This document shows, in pieces, positions 40,447-52,970 of a DNA stretch of 64,000 bases. Every line of letters starts with the position of its first letter. The first letter of the stretch is position 1. The position numbers and the translations under genes were made by a program. Source of the DNA: Antedon mediterranea (lineage: Eukaryota > Animalia > Echinodermata); NCBI RefSeq assembly GCF_964355755.1, contig NC_092677.1:13414101-13478100 (forward strand), read 5' to 3'. The notes beneath the pieces were generated by a model that saw nothing but the letters and a program-made list of their open reading frames with translations, was not told the DNA's origin and ran no database searches.

Positions 40447-40506
40447 CCATGGAGTAAAGAATTCTTTACTCCATGGAAATGGAGTAAAGAATTCTTTACT
40501 CCATGG
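40447..40506. repeat. Perfect 30-bp palindrome, tandemly duplicated, flanked by AATAA
   Basis: ccatggagtaaagaattctttactccatgg (40447-40476) followed by a near-complete second copy. Confidence 0.85.
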
Positions 40507-40776
40507 AATAACTTTTCCTTTCGGTGGTGGTGGGTCTAGAAACCAGAGCTTAAAACGTAAATCCATTGTTTGTTCCACCGAATTTTAGGCCTACTAAAAT
40601 CCATGTTAGATTCATAGGGCCCAAGAAACCGTAACAAGAGTAAACCATAATAAGTTAAAAATAACTTTAGACTAGCGAAAAGGAATCTTGCCGAATGCTA
40701 CCAGACATGATCACTCTTTCGGCTGTAGGCCTTTTCTCGTTTTATAGTATACGCAGTATACGCAGCTAGGTTTAAT

Positions 40777-40981
40777 TTGACCTTTCCTAAAATACAATTT
40801 TTAAATTTCCATTCTCTTCTAAAATTCCTAAAAATAGATCTATAGAATCATGTTTATGCATAACAAAGGTAAGACGCGATTGAACAGGTCACTTCACCCG
40901 ATTCACAGCTCAGTGTAGCTATTTATTGCGTGGAAAGACGCTTTTTTAATATAGTTTCTCTAAGTAAAGGAAAGGCAAAAG
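40777..40981 (+). promoter_or_regulatory. Promoter / non-coding first-exon module of DED gene 3
   Basis: tttgacct..aaatttccattctcttcta.aattcctaaaaatagatc..tatgcataacaaag..aaaag|gtaag. Confidence 0.65.
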
Positions 40982-41118
40982 GTAAGTAGAATTATTGTAC
41001 TGTATAACATTAAGTAGTCCTATTACACAAAGCAATAATCACCAATCAATTTGTTTAATGTTTTAATTAAAACTACAGTTTGTGACTCTGCAAAACGTTT
41101 TCTTTACAGCATAACATA

Positions 41119-41660
41119 ATGGATAGACATACACGATTCAGTAGCTTTCGTCAGAAATTCTGTGACGCTTACAATGGAGTAAACAAACAGGAATTGAGAT
41201 TTCTTCTGTATGATCACCTACCGGTTGGTGTATTAGGAGATGAAAACTATTCAGGAATGAATTTATTTACTGAACTCAACCGTAGAGGCCATATCGAATA
41301 CAATAATGTTAACATAATGTCAGATATTGCAGCAGACGTGACAAAAAATCAATGTGCAAAACAAAGTGTAATAAAGTACAAAGAAGAAGTTGGTAAAGAA
41401 TACGATGATGATAGCTGCGAGGCAAGATTGTCTCTATGGCGTAAAACACTTTATAGAATCATTTGAAATCACAGAAAACAAGGGCGGTGATTTATACAAC
41501 TAATACAAGTTGATTGACTTGTACCAATTGCGCCCAGAAGGCTTTACAAATAAATGGGATTTAGTATTTTATTTGGAGAAAGAACTCGAACTAAACACAC
41601 AAAAGAAATTGACCAAATTTGCCAGTGTTTTGAACAAACATGCACAAATCGTATTACTGG
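41119..41660 (+). pseudogene. DED gene 3 exon type A, disrupted (frameshift and stops at about 41455-41505)
   Basis: Paralog of the other A exons split across ORFs 41119-41466 and 41510-; donor CTG G|gtacgt retained at 41660. Confidence 0.8.
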
Positions 41661-41763
41661 GTACGTATTCAGTTTTAACAAAGTCTGACCTCATAACATA
41701 TTTTTACTGATTATAACTGTTTGTTCCCGTTCTTACTTTTTCAATTCTAATTTAATTTTACAG

Positions 41764-42919
41764 GTGATGATGGTGATGATGATGATGATCAGTTACCTGC
41801 AGGTAATGTCTGTTGTATGTCAGGACCGATGGTGTATTTGCTAATGAAGCTATAAATATTCATTAGGGCCTATTTATTATTGGAAATGTTTACCAATACC
41901 ACCTTTTATGTTTGAATTTGAACTAGGCCTATATAATAAATGGTAAACTGAGAACTGATTCTCAGTAAGAGCAAGTATAGAATCTATGATTGTAGGCTTC
42001 CTTACCATTAAAAGAAGAACATAAAATCAAGTATTGAAAAGGGTATTTTTGTTGGTTAAATAATCAAAAACCTCATTACAATTTTGCATTCACTAAATGT
42101 TATTTGTTATTTATAACTTACAGGTGATCAACCTGAAGCACTGGAAAGCACTGAAAGACAACCATTGACTCCATTAAATATAGGTACAAAAACTATACTT
42201 TATAATACTTAGAACCATAAAGTAAGCCAACTCACGTGAGAGCATCCTGGTGATGGCTGACCAACTACCAGATCAGCACACCGGGAGACGATCCCCTACT
42301 CTTTTCGAATAGTGTGCCAATTTCTTTAACGTGCACTGTTAAGTACATGGGAACAACGGTATCTTGTCTAAAGATGCAATTAGTGTGGTGCAGATAAGTT
42401 CGAAGCCATGCCTATTACATGCTAGTCCGATATTATCATTACACCATCACTCTCTGGTATAACAGCACCCGCCGCTATTTCTAGACGGTCTCCCATCATC
42501 ATCATCATCAATTGAAAATTGAAACATACTAACTTACATACACATACATTTTAAATTGACACTAGAGTTAATGGGAATAATTGGCTTATATAGCATTAAG
42601 AATACGTTTGACTAAAGGATAAGTGCCGTTGAACTGATCCTGACTACCGACAAGGAATCACTGGCGTATACTCAAAAGGGTTGTTAGGCATTATACTTTC
42701 TTATTACTACTGTATTAAATTGTAACGTACGATACTATACGGTGTAGCATTTAAAATTAACTTAGAAAGGTATTGAATTTCATCTATGTGTTTATTCATT
42801 GTTCATTAAATAACCTTTCACTTTACTCTCTATAATTATAATAAACAATTATTGTAATTTTACAGTTGGTCAAGCTGCAGCACTACATGAAAGACCACCA
42901 CTGACGCATTTAAATATAG
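41764..42919 (+). pseudogene. DED gene 3 linker micro-exons: 41764-41802 (GDDGDDDDDQLPA), 42124-42183 (GDQPEALESTERQPLTPLNI), 42866-42919 (VGQAAALHERPPLTHLNI)
   Basis: Each is bounded by cag| and G|gt; 39, 60 and 54 nt; all phase 1-1. Confidence 0.7.
42240..42497 (-). mobile_element. 5'-truncated copy of the 5S-derived SINE
   Basis: Reverse complement matches about 45272-45485 (gatgggagaccgtc.agaaat..gcgggtgctgt, atatcggactagcatgt, gtacttaacagtgcacgttaaaga). Confidence 0.75.
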
Positions 42920-43564
42920 GTAAATTCAATAATGCATTTATGTGATCGATGATTTGTATTTAAAGAACTAAAGTATGTTTAAAGTTAAACCGGTCGGGCC
43001 ATACACTATTTTAGAAAGCAGATAATTGAATACAGCTCTGTATCATCGGCCAGTGTGCCATTTTTTTGGTACATAAGTTGGGGTCCCCTTATGTAAAAGC
43101 CGAACTACTTCCTAAATATAACTAAACATAACATTCTAAATAATCTCTTTCACTATAAAGTAGAAGTTGCTCAGATTCGAACCCCATACATCGACATGTA
43201 AAGTCCATAGTCTAATCCATTAGAATAAACAGACGGCTAGACAGAAAGCATTTGCATTAGTGATTTTTTATTAGATAAATTCTTACGTCACATCTTATGG
43301 ATATGAATAATAAATATTCATGTATATTTTGTGACGTTTCATGAGGGGTCCCCAACATATGTAAAAAAAGAAATGTTGCGTGCCACCGACTAGCACGGTG
43401 AAAGAAACTATCTATCGTGTTAATTTTTTTAATTGTTTTTTTGGTGAGCAAAATTCCATTCGGCCGAATCAACAACTTTAAAACCTCACAATCACAGTAT
43501 TCACAATATTATTCAATGCCGTAAGTTATCCCTACTAAAGAGAATACAATGTTTTTTTTTAAAG

Positions 43565-44220
43565 ATCTTTCGACAGACGATTTGTTGGAGCTTCTTGTCG
43601 ATTTGTCAGGGTGGGTAAAAGTTAAGGGAAATATCTACATGCTAAAATTACTACTTGGCCATTTTAAGGTAATTTCTGTTGGAGAAATAGGAAAAGCAAA
43701 AGACCCATTCGATCTGTTTAATTTACTCATTGCTTCTGGACATATCAGCGGAAAAAATATCGATTTAATCATTGAAGTCTTCAGTTTGTGTGGATGGTAT
43801 GATGCTGCGGATGTGATAAGAAAGAAGATAAAAGACTTCAAAGAAATCGTTAAAGGCATGAAAATAACTAAATTCCCCCAATTTCGACAAAATGTGATCG
43901 TATTTGGTCGCATGCTAGGTTTAAATAAAATTAAGAAAATATGTCAATTGTACCGAATCTCTGTTAACCAAATAGTAGATCAGTGGGACCTGTTAGTGGA
44001 ACTTGATGGTAGAGATATACTTGAAAGTGAAATTTTTATTGGGAAGCTTAAAAGAAATGGGATGGAGAAAGAAGCAAATGTGCTGAAAAAAGAAACAGAT
44101 AATGTAATTCCACAAAGTTTCATATACATAAAAGATTCTACAAGTAATATTAGCAGGCTATATACCTGTAGCTTAGTCAAAGATGTTCAGGTAGGCATAT
44201 CTGTGGTGGAAAAAAAATAA
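43565..44220 (+). CDS. DED gene 3 terminal exon type C (open frame, extended C-terminus); upstream exon A is disrupted
   Basis: tttttaaag|AT CTT TCG ACA; paralog of 37678-38228. Confidence 0.7.
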
Positions 44221-45187
44221 TTGCATTTTCAGTTCTAGAACATAAGGAAGTGGTTTTCTAAGGTTAAAGAGGTTTGACCTTAACATCGATACATTTCCTC
44301 AATTGTTATAATACAGTAAGAACATTTTCTATAGCCATTTAGCCTGCTTTATAATAGCTTGTAGTTTGTAACAGTGTAACTATAATGTTGTATTAACTTT
44401 ATAGATTATTACAATTTTGTAGAATAGTATGTTTTTAAAAACTGGTAATAATATTAAGAATATTAAGTAGCTTTTATACATTTATAGTCATGCGTATATT
44501 TTATATGAATAATGAATAATTTATGCTTTATAGTTACAATTATGAGGAACAGTTTAGTAATGAGGCATAAACACGGATATTCAATTGAGAGCTCAAGTTC
44601 TACAATTTCTCGGTTAATTTTAGTGTAGTAGAGCTGTATAAAAATGTGTTTTTATTGAAAAAATAAAATACTAGTAGAAAGTTAGATTCATTCTTTTAAT
44701 TATGGACATATGGATATTCTATTAAGAAATAGGTCTATAGGTAGTTCTTTAATATAGTTAAGTTTTGAGATTTAAAAAATAAATAATTGTTTGATCTAAA
44801 AAAAGATAGTACGCCTAATTGTATTGATTATTCGCATGTTATAGGGTTATTGGGGGAGGGGGTTGGGGGGGGGGGGGCTCCGGGTGGATGCAGAGGTATG
44901 GTGTTCCATCATTTCTGATTATACTGATGGTGGTAATTAAAGATATTATGATGATGTCTTAATATTATGATGTCATGTGACTGAACGATCTCTCTTACTA
45001 TATTATAAGAGATATATACAAGATGAGGAGGGAGAGAGGGAGAGAGTGTGAGCTTGTGGCCACGTCGTTAAGCCAATTTGTCCCACCTAGGATGTTCGTT
45101 ATATACAAATTTTGTTGTGTTTTGTTTTTTTGATGTTAATAAATATTGTGAAAATAATTAAATTCAAAAGTTCTATTGAAATCCATT

Positions 45188-45551
45188 GAATACGGCCATA
45201 CTGCGTTGAAACACCACCGGTTCTCGTCAGATCACCGAAGTTAAGCAACGTTGGGCCCGGTTGCGTTCTGGATGGGAGACCGTCCAGAAATCGCGGCGGG
45301 TGCTGTATATATACTGGAGAGTGATGATGTAATGGTAATATCGGACTAGCATGTGATAGGCATGGGTTCGAGGTTATCTGTACCATACTAATTGCATCCT
45401 TAGGCAAGATGCTTTACTCTCATTGCCTCATCCTTCGGATGGGATGTAAAGCCGTTGTACTTAACAGTGCACGTTAAAGAACTGCTGGCTGCCGTGGGTC
45501 CGTGGAGGGCCTAATCCGAATATATATATAAAAAAATAAATAAAATAAAAA
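45188..45551 (+). mobile_element. 5S rRNA-derived SINE (SINE3-like): 5S-like head 45188-45308, tRNA-like segment, body, A-rich tail
   Basis: tacggccatac..ctcgtcagatcaccgaagttaagca..tggatgggagaccg..gggtgctgta is 5S-like but diverged and lacks an oligo-T terminator; it continues into a body shared with 42240-42497. Confidence 0.8.
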
Positions 45552-46915
45552 TATGTAGCCTTAAAATATCACAGCATTCAATTTCTCTGCACACTGAATC
45601 GACTGATGTTAGTTTCCATGTTGAATTGTTCATGTCGGAAATCGTTGGGTAAACAAACCGTTGACCTTGATATAATAATAGTTGATTTGGAATTTCCTTT
45701 GATCGCTTCTACAATACATGTAAACAATAATCGGTACCTAAAATAGGTTGTATAAATAAAAAGTATTATAATATGAAAATGGAGAGGTTTGGTATGCCAG
45801 CCACTTATCGAGGGAAAAGTAAATACATGCCTATTTGCATTTTATCACTAACTCAATTTATAGGAAAATTTACTACTGTAGCCTATAGTGAACGGCGACA
45901 CAACTCTATAAAAGCAGAGATACTGTTGTTTTCCTCTTCTTTTTTTTATCTACATGGTGAACCTCACGTCGGGAATCCCTATGGCCGCGGGGTCGGGTAA
46001 ATCCTGGAGCCACCACTTAAGTAATTGATGTTATGTATTGCACTTTCAGTATCAAACTGTTGTAATAAATGGGTATTTAGAGGATAATATTATAAATGTG
46101 AAAACATTTAAAAAGTGCAATTTTAGCTAAGAAACTGAGCACATAGTTTCAACCAAGATTAATAATCTAACTCGCTGTTTAACATTTTCGTTTTGATTTA
46201 ACTTGTTGCTTATTTGTATTTATTTGTATCTCCATTGAGATCCAGCTACTGAAAGGCTACCCACAGCATTATCATTTTTTGTTAGTAATTTGCATTTTAA
46301 TAATTTTATTATAAAACGATTTATTAAAATATATCAAGGAGCTATGTCAAGGCTTATTGTCACGGTCCCTTTAATGGAATTCGAACCGGAACTAGAACTA
46401 TCGCCACGCCGCCTACTATATACAGATTGACAACGACAGCCAATAAATTAGTGTGCGAATGAGGTAAGTAAAGGCTAGGTAAAAACAACTTATGTGTATA
46501 TATACGGATTAGGCCAAGTTGAGCCGCCGACAAGTTGAGCCGCCGCCAGAAAAACGTTATTTTCTATGGAACGCCAAATGCTAACTTTCGCCGGTGCTCG
46601 TTGTTTTATAATAATTATGATAATTTACGACGTAACAAGTTTAATTAATAGTGATGTTGGACACATTTATAAGTGAAAGTACTGTATGTAAAGTAGGTCT
46701 GTCTAATTGCTAAAATTAAATATTATTATTAAACTTGTGTCATCGAATACTAATGTTTGTCACATAAATTTTAAAAAATCCCTGTACTATAGTACAGAGA
46801 TTTTTTTTAAAGTAATACTGTGTAACCAAAATTAAAATAACGGGATTAAAAATCGTGATTGTTTCATTATATTTACATTAAAGTTAATTTATTCTGTAAA
46901 TAAGATAATAGATAA

Positions 46916-46950
<35 letters not shown>

Positions 46951-47303
46951 TTTCAATTATATATTTTATAAATTGTATTGTTCTCGGAAAGCAATAAATA
47001 TTACGTAATAAAATTTCATACGGTGAAAAAATATATTTATGTTCAGTTAAGGTTTCCTTGGCTAATTGGCAAAGAAAGAGTATCGTAATATCGTTGAAAG
47101 CACCTAATAAGTAATAATATGTTACGTATATATATATACATCTAAATTTAGCAAGAACTATTTACTTTCAAGATATGATGAACGTTAAATATATATATTT
47201 TATAAGACCAGTTTAGATCAAATAATATGGTTTAAATAGAAATTATCGCTTTGTTTTCTTTTATTTATTACTAGTTAATTTTTTTGTATTTTTCGTATTT
47301 AAT

Positions 47304-47760
47304 GTAAAGGAGTTGAAATTTCTTCTACATGATGACTTGCCGATCAGTGTATTGACCCAGACCGCCAGCTCAGGAATGCATTTTTTTACTGGACTTAAAA
47401 CTAAAGGCGTTATCGCATACAATAATATCAAAATTATGTCAGAAATTGCAGAACTGACAGAAAACACCTACGCAAAAGGAAGGGTACTTAAATACATAAA
47501 AGACGTCGGTCAACACTATGATGATAGAGGTGGGAAAAGTTTGTCTTCACATCGTAAAAAGCTATATAAAGCTATGGTTTCAATCGAGAGAGATGATTTA
47601 TACAAATTGATTGGATTCTACGAATTGGTTCCTCTTGGCTTAAAAAACAAATGGGATGTCGTTTTTCATTTGGAGAAAGAGATGAAGTTAAACGATACAC
47701 CAAAGTTGTTAACCGTCTTCGCCGATAGGTTGAATTCAACAGCAAAATCAATATTACTGG
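47304..47760 (+). CDS. DED gene 4 exon type A, lacking about the first 20 codons seen in paralogs (truncated, or uses another upstream exon)
   Basis: Homology starts at gtaaaggagttgaaatttctt; open frame to donor CTG G|gtgcgt; no cag-taaca-ATG start found. Confidence 0.65.
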
Positions 47761-47972
47761 GTGCGTATTTCCCGTTTGAAACGTTATTATAAATATAAAA
47801 TGACTTATGTACATTGATACTGTATCATTTTCTGATTAGGCATATTAATTCATATATTACTATAATTATTGCTTATAGTGTTATTCAATTAAAGAAAAAA
47901 ATGTTATTTTTTAAAATGTAAAACATTATGTAGCAAAAGAAATGAGATATTTGAAAGTTAAATATGTTACAG

Positions 47973-48489
47973 ATCCAGAGGCTGGTAATGCAAGTGGGGA
48001 AACATTTCAATTTACAGGTAGGCAAATCATTTATTTTCTGGATCAATTGCCTCCTAATGCAAATAGGATAATAATAACCTGATAAAAGTGGCAGTACGTT
48101 TTTAGTCCATCCTAACAGTACAATATTTATTTATCTAGCCTGATTAATTTAACTCCGCTCATGAAGGAAGAAATTAGAATAATATTCTCTATACAAGTAA
48201 TTTTCTTTACCGTACTATAATATTTATCTATATAAATACTATAATACAGGTGAAAATGTTGTTGACGATACATTTCCAAGAAGAATACTTAGCTCAAGAG
48301 CATTGCGAAGTAAGTACACGTATTTTTGAAAATCTGAAACAATGGACATACAGAGTGAATTTATTTGTATATTATTTAGGCCTATAAAAATTAAAAAATT
48401 ACTAATTTTTATCTATATAGGCCCTACTGTTGCTGATGTTGCTAATGAGGGTACCGAAAAAAGAGTAGCGCTCCCAACAACACCGTCGG
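47973..48489 (+). CDS. DED gene 4 linker micro-exons: 47973-48017 (DPEAGNASGETFQFT), 48250-48309 (GENVVDDTFPRRILSSRALR), 48421-48489 (SPTVADVANEGTEKRVALPTTPS)
   Basis: AG/GT boundaries; 45, 60 and 69 nt; all phase 1-1 and stop-free. Confidence 0.7.
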
Positions 48490-48630
48490 GTAAGTAAAAT
48501 CTGACACAATGTACATATAGAGTGAATTAGAGTAATAAAAACAAATAATGCATGGAAGTTTGAATGAGTCAATACAGCAAAAGTAATTTTGAAAATGTAC
48601 ACTCACAGAACATCTTTCCTAATTTTACAG

Positions 48631-49160
48631 AAATGGACGAGGATGATTTCCAGCTTCTAAAAATGATTGTATCAGGCTATTACGATGCGATAAAAGATTG
48701 TTTCACTATGTTGATGGTGTTGTTTGGAGATTATGTACCTAAATCCAAACATAAATCAATTAAAAATACAATCAGTTTGTTAAACACGTTAGGTACTTCA
48801 AATGCTTTAAGTTCCGATGATATCTCTATAATATTTGATACAATCAACTTGACGGGGCACTATGCCTTAGAAAGGAAGATTCAGGAATCAATACCATTAT
48901 TTCCAAATGTAAGTGGAATAGAAATTAAACACATCTCAAGTAACAGACAGAAAATCATGTCATTTGGAATGGGTATGGGTGAATCAGATGTTTCAAAGAT
49001 AGATGGATTAAAAAACAATCCGCTCAAGAATTATGAAAGTAGTTGGAGCATGATATATGATTTAGAATGTAGAGAAATCATCAAGGTTAACGACAACCAA
49101 AAATTCATTGCAGATTTGACAAGACTGGGACTTTCTCGCCTTGCAGAAGTATTGAAATAA
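48631..49160 (+). CDS. DED gene 4 terminal exon type B (tandem DED-like pair)
   Basis: ttttacag|AA ATG GAC GAG GAT GAT TTC; paralog of 24571-25106. Confidence 0.8.
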
Positions 49161-50719
49161 TTTAAGATTATAACACATGATCTGAATTCTAATGGTACTG
49201 ATCTGAATTTTAATGGTAATGGTGAGACGTATTTGTCTCTATGCACTCGGTGGTGCCTCCAAACTGTAAAATGTAAATATCTGATTTATGTATAGGGCCT
49301 AGGCCTACTTCCTTTATTATTTAACCGCGTATAAAGCATATACTTTACATATGTCTAACTTTAGCTGAAATCTCTCCACTTAATATACATAATTAGATAT
49401 TCTATCAAATTTGATTATAAATCCATCTAGAATAATTAAACACTAAAGAAAACTACCATAATAATCTGTATACAACATCTGTATAATTTTAAATACAGCG
49501 TTTATTTCCGTTGAATTCAAAGCATTTTAAAAATCATCACTAAAATAAGAATTAAACAAAAACAGCTGAATGTTACACAGAGATACACGATAGGCCTATT
49601 TTAGGTCTATACAGTACTTTAAAAAATAATTTCGTTTGATATCTAAATATGCCTACTCCTCTTCTTCTGCTAGACTAAAAATGTGGTAAATGTCTAGTAT
49701 ATTCTACATTAATTTAATTTGAAATTGGTGTTTTGAATAATAATCCTTGCTTGTTTTAGTATAGTATTGTACAATTGTAGATTAATTTATTTATTTATTA
49801 ATTCATTTGCGTGAGATTGCCAGCAACAGAAATAAGTGGCTTTTGTTATTTTGAATAATTATTTTTACGTTATTTTATATTTGTTGTTGTTGTAAGAGGC
49901 ATGCATGTAAGAACTTATCAGATTTTGTAAATCCACAGTGCGTGGTTTTGTTACATTTTTTAGAAATAAAGTTACCTATATATAGACATGTATTCTAATT
50001 TATACTTATATAACCGGTGTATATACTTATTAGTAATTAAGATAATATAAGTTCGCATCATAATGTAATTTAACACATTAAACACATTTATTAATTAAGT
50101 AATATTTGGAATTTTTAATATTAGGCGTAATATAAAAGAGTTATAGTAAATGATGTACCGAGGCTTCGTTAACAAAACAAACAGTAGTTTTCCTGAGACT
50201 TACAGTAGTCTTTTTTTATTTGCTTTACATTATTGCTTGTTGGATAAATAAATGAAATAAAAGTATAACTACGATAACTTTCATTTAATGTATCATGTCG
50301 TCAACAAATGACACATAATTTACAATACTGGAACAATTTTATTACATAGGCCTACATTAAATGAATTTCTTAAAATTGGAAATGTAGTAGGAAGAGAATT
50401 TTCCGAAGCATATAGGAAAATAGTTTTGTGTCACATAGCAGACAGGTATAATTGTAATTCCTGATAGAGGGTGTTTCATTTGCCAAGTCATGCATAACAT
50501 ATTGCTGGAGGGGCTTTATAAGCGGCGGCGCATGTGGTTTAATCCTCTCCTTTGTTTTAATTAAGACTAAACCTACGTCCTGCGTCAAAACTCAATTTTC
50601 AAATTCCATTTCATCGTGGTCATTATATATTTGGAGAGTAATTTTTCGTATCACATCCTAACTATTCGTGATTTCTTCAGAATTCAACTGTATTTTACGC
50701 ATTCTCCCTCGTTTCTGTA

Positions 50720-52384
50720 AGTAAAAGCAAAAGTTGTAAAGGAAGTAAAATACAATATTTTAAAGCCGCTGACATATATTTTTAATTTATCACTTCAAAC
50801 TGGACTGATACCAGGGAAGTTGAAAATTTCGAAAGTAGTTCCTATACATAAAAAAGAGGACCGCCATTTGGCCTCAAACTATCGTCCCATATCGCTGTTG
50901 CCCATTTTTTCGAAAGTTTTTGAAAAGATTATCCATAATCAAGTATACAATTATCTTACAAAATTTAAAGTGTTAAGCAACAATCAATATGGATTTAGAA
51001 ACAAACACTCAACTTCTCATGCTATGATCGACTTGGTCCATAGAATATTAAATGCATTTGAAAAAAAGGAATATGCACTTACTACCTTTATGGATTTGTC
51101 AAAAGCGTTTGACATTATCGATCACAGTATTCTGTTGAGCAAATTGGCGCATTATGGTATAAGAGGCATCGTTTTAATGTGGTTTAGAAACTATTTAAGT
51201 GGCCGCAAACAATATGTTTATGCCAATAGTAGATCATCATGTTTAAAAGACACCAATATAGGGGTGCCACAGGGTTCTGTTTTAGGACCACTTTTGTTTT
51301 TAATTTACATCAATGATATTTAAGTCGAGCAAGTAGTAAAATAGATATAATTAGTTTTGCTGACGACACAACTTGTATAACAAGAAGAGATGACCCTACA
51401 ATGTTAAACCATACTATGAATATTGAACTAGAAAAAATAAACGTATGGCTTAAAGCAAATAAGCTGTTACTGAATGTCAGCAAAACTAATTACGTTGTTT
51501 TAAGAACTAACCAAAAGTACTTTGACAAAAACCAGTTTAAAATAAAAATGAATAATGTGTTATTACATAGAAAAGAAAATGTGACATTTCTAGGTGTAAT
51601 TTTAAACGAAAATCTTAACTGGAAACATCACATACAGCTTATTAGGAAAAAAATGTCTAGCCTAGGGCAATTGGTATACTTTTAAAAGTAAGAGAATTCT
51701 TTCCTCATAAAGTCCGTATTAGTCTTTATAACACCTTAGTATTACCTCACCTTCAGTATGGTAACTTAATATGGGGAAATACATACAAGAGCACGTTAGA
51801 AGTAATACTAAAACTCCAAAAGAGAGCTGTAAAATGCATTACCTTCTCTAAATCCAGACAAGCCGCAGAGCCACTGTTTAAGAAACTAAAAATATTAAAC
51901 GTTTATGATATTTACAAAGTAAACGTCATAGGATTTATGTACGTAAAATTCAATGAATTACCACATCACATTTTAAATATTTTTAATTACTGTGACAGTA
52001 TTAGGCCTACTCATAAGCTCAGAACAGAAACTGAATTCGAAATTCCCTTCACAAGACTAACTTGCAGTCAACAGTTTATACACAAATATGGACCAAAATT
52101 GTGGAAAGAATTCACTTGTAATGGTGGTAATAAACCGGTTATCTTAAAGAAACAAAATAAATGTATAAAAAAAACAGGTCAAAAAATACTTATTATCACT
52201 ATATGCTGATTAACAACACCTTTGTTTATTTAAGTTCTATATACTTGTTCTTATGTAAAAGGGTCCTACAAAAAAAACGAAGCTACAGCTTTTTTATGCA
52301 GGATCCCTGTTTTCAGTTGTACTGTAATTATGATGTACTGTAATTGATGACTAAATAAATGTGGAATAAATGAAATGAAATGAA
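50720..52384 (+). mobile_element. Degenerate 5'-truncated LINE (CR1/L2 group) reverse transcriptase
   Basis: NYRPISLLP.FSKVFEK, QYGFR, DLSKAFD, GVPQGSVLGPLLFLIYINDI, FADDT; stops and frameshifts; (AAATG)n tail. Confidence 0.9.
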
Positions 52385-52470
52385 ACTGTTTTAATTTATA
52401 AAGGTATCATGCCAATTACGGTATGCCTTTTCGGGCACTACTTTATTCGGAGGCTACGTGACTATGCCAA

Positions 52471-52970
52471 CAGGGTGTCTCGAAAACAGAGACCTCGAAA
52501 ACAGAGACCAGAGACCCGAGACCCAGGGTCTCTGTTTTCGAGAAAATCTCGAAAACAGAGACCCACACTAAAACGTCTCAATATTACGTAATATAGGGGG
52601 TCTCTGTTTCGAGTTCTCGAAAACAGAGACCCCCACTAAAACGTCTCAATATTACATTATATAGGGGGTCTCTGTTTTCGAGTTTTTCCCAAAAACAGAG
52701 ATCCCCCACTAAAACGTCTCAATATTACGTAATATAGGGGGTCTCTGTTTTCGAGTTTTTCTCGAAAACAGAGACCCCACTAAAACTTCTCAATATTAAG
52801 TCAATATTACGTTATATAAGGGGTCTCTGTTTTCGAGAAAAACTCGAAAACAGAGACCCCCACTAAAACGTCTCAATATTACGTAATATAGGGGGTCTCT
52901 GTTTTCGAGTTCTCGAAAACAGAGACCCCACTAAAACGTCTCAATGTTACGTCAATATTACGTTATATAG
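52471..52970. repeat. Tandem array of about 65-85-bp self-complementary units
   Basis: cgaaaacagagacccc-actaaaacgtctcaatattacgtaatata-ggggtctctgttttcg repeated about 6 times. Confidence 0.9.

Noticed and set aside
45188-45308. Functional 5S rRNA gene
   Set aside because: Diverged, solitary, lacks an oligo-T terminator, and runs into a SINE body also seen at 42240-42497.
46440-46470. ATGAG|gtaagt as the missing start exon of gene 4
   Set aside because: Its phase (2) does not match the candidate acceptor at 47309 (phase 0); it may be a non-coding exon, but this is unsupported.
52471-52970. Palindromic repeats resembling a CRISPR array
   Set aside because: The sequences between the inverted repeats are copies of each other, not unique spacers.
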